Source: Vicugna vicugna
Taxonomy: Eukaryota
Assembly (NCBI GenBank): GCA_013265495.1
Contig: MU061579.1
Location: 5,207,146 to 5,271,145 of the forward strand
Reading direction: 5' to 3'
DNA length: 64,000 nucleotides
The notes below the pieces were generated by a model. That model searched no databases. It worked only from the letters and a program-made list of their open reading frames with translations, and was not told the DNA's origin. A program made the translations under genes and the position numbers. The stretch's first letter is position 1. Every line of letters starts with the position of its first letter. Of the stretch, positions 54,231 through 64,000 are shown piece after piece.

Positions 54231-57200
54231 AAATCATCAAAGATTTTATAATCCTGACAAAGTTAATAAATTAATATCAACAGTGACTTTACAAATACAG
54301 AAACTAAATATATAGGAAATAAGATAATCCAAAATTGGCCAGAAATACTACAGTGTTTTGGAACATAATAGGAAAAAAATAAAATGCATAAATCTGAGAT
54401 AAGAAGGGCCTGGGAAATAAGATTGTTTAAAACTAAAAACTAAATGTTTAAGATATTGGCCCAAAGAGTCCTATGTTTATTTGTTTACTTACCCATTCCC
54501 TCATATTTTATTCAATGGACATTTTTCCCCAAACCACTGTGAATTAAATGCATCGCTGGATGCTGAATATAAAGATTCATAAGAACGTATTTTCAAATCA
54601 AGGTTCAGAGACGAAGCTACAAATCAATAACCAGAAACATAGTAATGCACAAAATGATACTCATATAAACAGGACAAATAAGGCAACAACAAAGGGGAAA
54701 AAAAGGTGGAAGATTTGGTAAGTTTTTTAAAAGATAATTGTTGTCTAGAGAGCCATCAAGGGTAACTGTTTCTTGGAAACAGCATAATGATATGAAGCAA
54801 CAGAAAATCAAGTAGAAGAGATACCTTTTTCTTTTTTTTTAACAGCATTTTCAGCAGTTATTTTTGCTAACACCTAGGTTAGGGCAAAAGTTTATCAGAT
54901 TTTGTAGAAAACTTTTGGAAATAAGCAAGTCAGCTCTTTGAAAATACTCATACCCTTTTTTTCAATACCAAATTATTTGATCAGATCCAAACTAAGGATC
55001 CAGATTTCCAAGTAGTTACTGTTAAACCTGATTGCCTCTCCCAGCCATTCCCTCCCCCAACAAAGTACTTCCAGAGACTTAAAAAAAAAAAAAGCATATG
55101 TAAAGTTAAAGGCAATGTTGAAGAAGTGACAGTTCTTTTGCTTCATTTATACTCAGAATAGCTTACTGGCCTGGCTAGTTGCACTTGGTCCATAAAGTAA
55201 ATGTAAACTTGAGAAGTAGAGACACACCCCCATGGATGCATGAGCCTGATTTGGGGAAAGTTCAAGTATTGCTTGGTCACCTAACACTGTATCAGTGGGA
55301 CAGATTAGACAAATAAGGATCATTCTCGTATTAAACAGTGTGAACAAAAGACAGTCTTCATTATCTCTGAGATTCCAGATAAACTGCCATGACACCTTTT
55401 TTCAAATAAAAAATTATCTTGGAAATAGGGTATAATAGAAAATTAGCATATTTTCAAAAACAGATTTTCTTTATGGCTTTATTTTCACAACTGTTCTAAA
55501 TGACTAACCAGGATTTCTTCTATGCTACACATTTTACGAAGTATCAGGTAAAGGCACTAAAACATCTCTTGAATTAAGGAAAAGAAGATACACATTACTG
55601 CATAAATACAAGTACATCTTTTTATAAACTTACAATTTGCATTTCATGTGTGTTAATATTAAGTTTTGTTTCCTACATGGCATAAGTGCAAAACATAACA
55701 CTTTCTTTTTAAAAAGTTTTTATAATTATTATTATTGTGGGGAAGTGCTTCAAATACTTCAAAATAAATTTCAGGGATATACAATTAACATACTTGACAG
55801 TAAAACTTTCAGTCACTTTACATTATTGTTATTTTTTATATGTAAACCTTTTGTTCTGACATAAAATCTAAGTGTGTTATCATCAGTTCATCAATTTTTT
55901 ATCATTGCTACAGGACTTCCCCAAAATAGACTTCAAAGCCATTTTGTTCTGTTTCAGAAATATCAAAAGAAATCCCTATTTTATTTGACTGTATCAAACT
56001 GATTAACTGTCATTTTAACATTAGAGAAATAATATTGACTATCTGTGAACTTAACATATGGATACAACTTAATGAATACTTTTTTTAAGTTTTGAAGTTT
56101 CATTAAAGGCTTGAAAGTTTGTTTTTTTGTCGAATGGATAATGTCATTATCAATGAATATCAATTTATTATACAATAAAATCATATAATTGTGCCTACCA
56201 CTTTATATGAATATAATAAGTGATAATTAATTTAAATAAATTATTCACATGAGAATAATGACTTTGCTTTGAGTTTGTTTCTGAATTTATTTATGGAAAT
56301 CTTAAATCTCTGAAAAAAGTTTTAATATAGAAAGATTTAACAGCTCTTGTTAACCAAAGTCATTTTAAAAGCATCTGGGAAGAGGAACTAAATTTTTTTC
56401 TTCCCTATAAAAGTCACCAAATGGATTTGTGAATAAAAGCATGAAATTTTATTATGAAGTGATATTTGATCCTAAACCTCATTAGGATGAAACAGAATTT
56501 ACACTTGAAAAGTTACTTTGGTATTTAGGGCAAAACTGTTAAATTTGAACAATGTTAACTTTTCTACATGAATAGAAAGTAGTCTATTTAACAGTATTTA
56601 ACTTTTTAAAAAGCCTGCATGTTAATTTAAAGTACAACATTGTCCAAGAAGTTATATCACAGAATACTTGTTTTTATTTACACAGCTCTACAGATTGTGA
56701 TGTATTTATATCTCAACCTTTCATATCAGTGTTTAGAGATCAGCTAAACTACTTTGCTACTTTGTAAGAATTTTAAAATTTTTTTACTACTCAAGTCTTT
56801 AGGGTAATCTCTTATCTTTGTCCATCAGTCTTAATAAAAACTGCAAGGAGTTCTTTCAAAGGAGTTGTATCCACATGTCTCTATCAAAGGATAATTCAAT
56901 CCTTTGATTCCTTTGGTTGTAGTAACTATCCACTTAAGCTACCACCTTATATACACATCGACAACCACATTCATCTAAAGAATAGTTATAATATATGTTG
57001 GTAAAATACTCACATACAGAAGAGCATGTTTTAAACATAAAGAGTACCTCACTTTCAGCTATAACCAGATGAAATCCAGTTTATAAAGATATGTAATCTA
57101 TAGTCCTTCTTGCTCTGGACAGTACTCCTCATAATTATAAATGTATAAATAATTTAGTTTAAAATAAAATATAAAGAAATGGTTATAGTGAGTTTTGACA

Positions 57201-58948
57201 GTTGTTTATTATCATTTGTCAAATGTAACAGGAGACTTTTACATATCCACTGATATGTCAAATTAACAAGTTTAACCCCTGGAAAAGAAATATTAGCATG
57301 CAATTCATAATGTCAGTGATGTTATAGAGTTTAAAAAGTTTCTTAACCTTTATAGGCTCTAGTGAGATAACATGGAGTGTTCCATACCAAAAACCATTAT
57401 CCACAGTTCATGCATTGACACCACAGCTAACAGCACTGAGACTAAGCTGTTGCTAGGCAGTTGCTGAAAGTTAAGGGCTATTTTTCTTTTTCTCAAAATG
57501 AAGAGTAAATAAATTAATATTCCTAAATATTTTTAATAGTGCCTATCACATGGCAGGTGTTACAGACATTATTATTTTTAGTAAAATAGAAATTAGTTCA
57601 CTGCACTAATCTTTCACTTGTTACCATTTTCACATCTCCCTATTTGCTTTGAGAACATAAATGTAAATACAAAAATGTGTTCAAAAGTGTCTACAGAACT
57701 TATTTTAATGTTAAAGTATCCAGAAGACATGGACCATAGTAATACACAGATAGTAAATTGCCATTTACTGATCTCACGCATCTACATTCTAAATGTTGTG
57801 AGCAGGATGAGACTGAGACAGGTTAATGAACAAACAAGTTATCAAAAATGATACTGAATGAGTATGATTTGAGTGTTTTATTTTGTCTATGGTGATCAAG
57901 ACAAATATCTGATTAGTTGACATTCTAATGGGTACATTTATAAAAAGAAAAGAAACTGAAGGTGATCAATATAAGTATCTGGGAAGAGATCTGCCCAGGC
58001 TTAAAAAAAGAAACAGTAAACATAAATGCACTGTGTTGGGAGAATTCTTCATGTGTTTGAACACAGCAAATAATCAGGTGTGGCTGAGAGAGAATAGAGA
58101 GAAGAAAGAGAAAAGTCAGAGGGAAAGATGGCACATAAGTATCAGCAAAGGTGGAGGCAGTTTATTAAATTGAATATATAATTTAATGTTTCACTCTTGG
58201 CAATATCCTCTCTCTAAACTATTAATTTGTCAAGGAAAAACCAGATTGATTTCCCTATGCTAAAATTAATTTTCAGAGATGTTATGTCCCCTACTACATT
58301 GTGAAACTGCATGGTGAAATATTAAATTCCAGAATTCTTTTTATGTCAAGTTTTAGAAAAATGAATTAACCATTGTTCAGTTCAGCTTTCTCAATTATTT
58401 CTCAGTGCTTTATATTAATAATAATATAAATTATTGCTGAGGGAGGGAAACATGTCTACAAATGAGAATTATTTAACTGGACTGTTTTTTGGAGCTTGAA
58501 ACTAAAATGATATTTTTGATGTATCAGAATTCTGTGACCACCTCTGGAGCAGTTATGATACAAATTAAAACATAATTCAAACGTCCTATCAATGTTTAGA
58601 GGTAACTATAATTTTGATCAGCTGAGTTCTGCTTTCTACTTAAATAACATTAAATATCACTCCCAGACTTCATAAGTAATTTCTGTACTGAATATTGTAA
58701 TACAAAAAAAGAATAGTAATTGACATTTTGATGAAGGCAAAAGTTCTCAGATGTTTCCAAATAACAGCGTAACAAATAAATTTTTTTATCGTACAGTTTC
58801 CAAAGTAAACTTTAATTAAATTGCATTTTTAACTTACGAACTTCAATAAAATCAAATAATTTTATATTTCTAAATCTGATAACATATTAAACCGGCCTAT
58901 TTCACTTATTAATACAGGTCCGTAAAGTTATATGTGTATGTCTTACAT

Positions 58949-58949
<1 letters not shown>

Positions 58950-58986
<37 letters not shown>
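58950..58986 (+). repeat. Pure A37 homopolymer
   Basis: Counted directly. Confidence 0.95.
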
Positions 58987-58987
<1 letters not shown>

Positions 58988-59175
58988 ACTGAAACCATGG
59001 GAGGTTGTTGTCCACAGTTATTTGGCAGCTACACCTGACTTAAATCCATGGGAGCCTATCAGTTTATCTCATAGTCCCACCAGTCAATCGCATATAACTC
59101 TGCTGTTTGGTAATACTGCATCGTGTGTGCATGTGTGCAGGAGGCCAAGACCCTAGGTTTCAACGCTGTGTGAAA

Positions 59176-60050
59176 ATGTCAAATGAACAAAAGAGCACAG
59201 CAAAAGAAGAAAAAAAGAAGCATCTCTTTTTAACAGTAGAGCAGAAAAATAAATTATTACAGAAGCTTGAATGTGTCATTGAATTGAGGCAATCTTCTGA
59301 AAATACGAGGTCAGAAACTACTATGATATTTAATTTAAAAAGCATACGCGTAAGTTATTGCTATTTTATTAGAGACAGTAATGATCTGGAAATAATTAAA
59401 AACAGAAGACCAGTCCAAAGCTAGAAAAGTGAAAATTGTGACAATGTCGTAACTGAAAAGATTTCACAAATGGAGAAGAATTTGACAACCAAGACCAGTT
59501 GTGACAAATAAAAAAGTGAATATATATCTAAGACTACCAGTCATTTTGGATACGAAACAAGCTCATACGTAGCATGAAAACCTACCATTTAAGTGAGTGT
59601 GACTATGCAAAAGGTGGGCTGCAGGAATGTAATGGAAAACATGATGTTTTTTTCTCATCATGAAGTAGCCAAAAATTACCCTGAATACTGCTGCAATGAG
59701 AAAATTATGAAATTTAAATGCTAATGAAACAGCCTCCTACTCATGCTGTATTCCCGTAAAATGAATGAAATCCAACAAGTGTTAACATGGCTGAGGAGAA
59801 AGCTTCATTAGCTGTAAATGTGCTAAGATCAGGTTGACTGTCCCTGGCCACAGGCCCCAAAAGATAAAAATAGCAATAATTGAAAAAAAAATTCAGCACT
59901 TGAAACATTCTGACAACTTTTGTGTATAGCAGATAGGGCAGAAAGCATGAGAAACCAGAGAAAAACTTTTAGCCAGATCAATAACCATTTTGTACCAAAA
60001 TCACAAGCTCGCCAGAGGCTAGCCAGACTGAACATTCTGTAAAAAAACAT
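59176..60050 (+). mobile_element. Decayed Tigger/pogo-family transposase (Tigger4/Zombi-like): CENP-B-type HTH plus DDE remnants
   Basis: KKKHLFLTVEQKNKLLQKLE...ETTMIFNLK...IKNRR resembles the Tigger N-terminal HTH; downstream fragments KQAH, ECDYAKGGLQ, NANETA (NADET-like), AKIRLTV and HFVP occur in the expected order across stops and frameshifts. Confidence 0.8.
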
Positions 60051-60499
60051 CTTTTCAAATTTATTCTTCCCCAGACATGGTATTTGTGAAACAGCTGTAT
60101 GGCCAAGGAAATTTATGTCCCAGGGGGAACCACTGCACACATGCTCATGGAGCCGGTGCTTACTGCATTTAGCAGAGAGTTCGAATTTGATCTTGGGAAT
60201 GTCACTTACACAGCTGGAAATAAGATTTTGGTTTACAATGATGTTTGAGTGAGTTTTCCCAAATTCTGATCTTTCAATATGGACACTCTAAGTCTAAAAA
60301 ACAGTATTTCTCAAACTTGTTTGCAGCCAGGATTCTAGCTGTGTAGAAGAAGGAACATACACATGAGACTGAAAAGCAGAAAATTTAAAATGTTTGCAAT
60401 AAATTGATTTATCTCTCTAGCATGGTTGGAGATGTTCAGTTTTATCTGGGACAAATCAGGCAGACATTATAGTGCCCGGTCCCTATTTATTCATTTATC

Positions 60500-60720
60500 C
60501 CCTATTTCACAAGCATTTAGCTAATGCTTAGTAATTCCAGATGTTTTTAGAAGACAGGCACCGTTACCATTCTCATTTTATAGGTGGAGGGAACTGAAGT
60601 ACAGCTGACTTCCTAACAAAGCCAAGGTCACAGGGTTAATGAAAGGTGAAGGCTACCTGTGACTTTAGCTAGGGCAGCTCCAGAGTCCATGCTCTAAACC
60701 ACCAGGCTATGCTACCTCTT
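60500..60720 (-). mobile_element. MIR SINE
   Basis: ttctcattttataggtggagggaactgaag...ccaaggtcacag...ctccagagtccatgctctaaaccacca. Confidence 0.75.
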
Positions 60721-61494
60721 CATTATCTTTCCTAGCCTCCCTAGAATCTCAGAGAATGAGTGAAGTGGTGGCGCATCAGTGGAATTTCCAGAAGAATTTT
60801 TAGAAGAGCATTATAGTGTGTATAGTTGTTATTATGCATATAATTATATATATTATATACATGTATATAGCTAGAAACTATATATATAATATCTTAGCTA
60901 TGCAGTATTTAAACATTGGCTATCTAGGAGATTCTAAAAACTATTTAATATGACCCTTTATTCATAAATGAGCATGCAAGCATATCATTGCCTGAAACTT
61001 TGGAATCATAAGCAATACAGTAACTGGTTACAAAGGTGCTTGCAGAAAAGGCATTCTCAAGGAAATTTAGGATTAGTGATTTCACAAGGTTGAGACTGTC
61101 AGTGAACAGAGGAGCCAATTAACACAAAAAAGATAAGACACTAATAATCCATGGCAAGCAGTAGCAAAATATTTACTTTAATTATTACCTATGGTTGCCT
61201 GAATTGAATTGCCTATTGAGAGCTAAGCTTTAATACATGTATTATGATTGATGATCATGACAATGTTTACACAGGGCAGAGGGCTGAGAAAGGGAGGGAG
61301 GGCTGGCAGTTTCTGACTATGCTGCAAAGACAGTAACCAGCTCAAGATTTAAATTCTCATCTCAAAGGCTAGTGAGGACACGGGGATTTTCTTTTCCAAT
61401 AAAGCAAAATCACTTATCTTTTTATCAGCAAGTTTCATACAGGTATAAATTTAAAAAAAAAGTCTATCCCTTCAGTTTGGTGAATTATGGCATT

Positions 61495-61957
61495 GGATTA
61501 GATTCTCAGGGCTGTCTTAACAAAGTTCCAAAACACAGGTACAAATGAAGATTACTGCGTCCCAGTTCTGGGGGCCAGCAGCCCAAAATCAAGGTATCGG
61601 CAGAGTCATGTTCTCTCACACAGCTCTAGAGCAGAATCCTCCCTTGCCTTTTGTAATTTGTTACTTGACATCAATCCTTGGTGTTCCTTGGCTTATAGAC
61701 ACATCACTCCAGTCACATGACTGACCTCCCCGTGTGTCTTCACAATGCCATCACTCGGGGCATGCCTGTCTCTGCATCCAAATTTCCCTCTTTTTTATTA
61801 GGACATCAGTCAAATTAAATTAGGACCCACCCTAATGAGCTCATTTTAACCTCATTCCCTCTGTAAAGTACCTATTTCCAAATAAGGTCATATTCCGAAG
61901 TAATGGGAGTTAGGGCTTCAATATCTATTTCTGAGGTAGGCAATTCAATCCACAATA
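61495..61957 (-). mobile_element. MaLR LTR (MLT1A/B/C-type)
   Basis: cagttctgggggccagcagcccaaaatcaaggtatcggcag...aggacatcagtca...cctatttccaaataaggtcatattc...caattcaatccacaa. Confidence 0.85.
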
Positions 61958-63419
61958 AGTGTAGAATGAATATACATACAGCCTTCTGAAATACATTAAA
62001 ATTAGGACATTTATAAAGAGAGAGTGGGATAGTGACATTGGAGAGAGAATATCTGATAGGATTCCAGGGACATGGATAGGATTCCCAAAGCTCACCAAAA
62101 ACCTCTGCCAAAATAAGAGAAGGCTGCTTTTGCCTTTTTTTAAACAAATATAATGACTGTACATGAGGAAATGATGTTGATGAAAATGCAAATTCCTCTC
62201 ATATTCCTTTCTTAGTTTCATTTATTGCCACAAGATCTATAATAAATATCATATTCAAGATGTTCCAAAGGAGAAACTGCAAAGCCAAAACTCGTATAAA
62301 ATGGCTTAGACACCAACTCAATGGCAAGATTTGGCTCATATATTCAAGACAGAAATCTAGGAGTTAAGAGATCTGGTGATAGCTAGATGGAGAAGAAAAT
62401 AATATAATAGTGTATTAGGCCCAATTTATGTAAGTGGAACACCTACCAGAAATACCTGAATCAATCTCATAGCTTGAGAAACTAGGAGTGATTTTAACTG
62501 CTGGATCATTTGCTGGATTAATCTGGAAATTATTAGTGGTTTGCTTTATATGAAGTTGAAATTCCATGATAAGATATACAGCAAGATATCCAAACACTCA
62601 GAGAACTGAAATGTTGGAGTCGGTAGATTGTATGTGATGTAATATTCACCCCCTCAGAATCCAGAGAACATTCTGTCTTCCAAAGCACTGAGAAATATAT
62701 TGATGAGTAGAATTTCAACCCTGCAATTCCTCAAAGCTGTTCTATTTGCTATACAGGAAGTGCTACCACTGAAGTAGATTCCCTATTTGGATTTGATTGA
62801 TGGATTCCTAGAGTGGCAGAAACAAAGCAGTAACACAAAATTGCTAAAGCAATGCTGTCTTGGTTACTCCAACAGCCAACTACATGCATCTGTAATCAGA
62901 ATGTCAACCTGTCAATCTTTGCTGCTGGCCAACTGATGGCATTATGCCTAGGACTCACTGAGTCTCACTAAGATCGTCTTTGATTTACTTAACTGGAGTT
63001 GTGGAAGAGGGGGAGGAGGAAGCCCTCTAATTCTGGAGATTAACTTGAATCTCCTTAAATGGCACTGACCTAATTTTCAGCCCTTAGTCAATTCACAGAT
63101 GCAGAATTCCTTGGAAGAAGCTGCTGGGTTTTATTTTGGAAGGACCCTGAGAGAACTCCAGAAGTACATCTTACTTGCAGTCCTCACCAATGAGACTTGC
63201 AGTCATTTATTAGAGAAAATGTTCTCTGGGTAAGCACATTTTGGAGGCTTTTTGGAAATGTTCTCTGAGCTAACACGAATCCCCAGAAACAGAATTTTAC
63301 GACTGTCCACCAGCAAGAGGGGGCTTATATGGCTCAGTTGATAAATGATCCATAAAGAGCTCAGTAGGACTGAGAACCTATCCTATAGTACTTTTCTCAC
63401 TTTCAAATCTATAATTTTT

Positions 63420-63785
63420 AGGTTTATTTTATTATGAAATAATTACGGTTTGACAGGAATATGCAAAGATAGTTCAGAGGGGCCCATCGTACTCTTCACC
63501 CAGTCCTCCCAGAGGTGACATATTACATAAGCATTAATAGGAATTTGATGTTGGCACAATATGTGTATAGTTTCACAACATTCATTACATACAATTAAGA
63601 GCATCCAAGATACGAAACTATTTGATCCAAACAAACAAATCTCCCTTACAATACCTCTGTAGTCATAGTCACACCCACCTGCCTACCCTCTCCGCCACCT
63701 CTAATCCTTGGCACACATTAATGTGTCTTCCACCTCTATCATCTGTAATTTTGTCATTTTGAGAATATTGTCGAAATTGAATTGA
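63420..63785 (-). mobile_element. Old L1 (L1MC/MD/ME-type) 3' end
   Basis: ttttattatgaaataatt...caaagatagttcagag...ttcacccagt...taattttgtcattttgagaat. Confidence 0.7.
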
Positions 63786-64000
63786 AATTATTGGTCCATA
63801 AACAGGGCCGGTATATTCTGTTGAAATAGCCGAGTAGAAAACAACTTATATAGAGAGGCTTCCACTAAAAGCTCTAGAAAGGCAGTCCCCTCTCCAGCCA
63901 TTTTGGAGAGTGGACTTGAAAGAAGAAACAAGAAGGGGCTTCCCCTTCCCTTTTCTTTTTCACATGTTTTCTTAAAATTGTATTTTGTTGAAACATTATT

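Noticed and set aside
58932..59156. Poly-lysine ORF
   Set aside because: Translation of the A37 tract.
62458..62524. Minus-strand exon-like segment INPANDPAVKITPSFSSYEIDS
   Set aside because: Weak splice signals and no recognisable protein.
1..64000. CpG island, promoter, intact tRNA/rRNA genes or prokaryotic systems
   Set aside because: CpG is depleted throughout; only RNA fragments were found; the sequence is mammalian.

Overview
AT-rich, CpG-depleted, non-coding mammalian (eutherian, probably laurasiatherian) genomic DNA, either intronic or intergenic. No protein-coding gene can be supported: the ORF track is noise or decayed transposon sequence. The window is mostly ancient repeats: L1M fragments (including a near-full-length L1MC-type copy at ~43.5-48.45 kb), L2, MIR, MLT1/MLT2 LTRs and DNA transposons (MER5A, MER53, MER82, MER46C, a Tigger2-type end, and a decayed Tigger/pogo transposase at ~59.2-60.05 kb). 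I recognised no young lineage-specific SINE. The most specific observations are two tiny tailless retrocopies with target-site duplications (a U6 5' fragment at 18.0 kb and a tRNA-Arg(TCT) 5' half at 26.4 kb), an old ~230-bp local duplication (11.9/12.8 kb), two convergent CTCF-like motifs and some unverified exon-like segments. I found no convincing novel system. Repeat family names come from recalled consensus sequences, not a search, and repeat boundaries are approximate.
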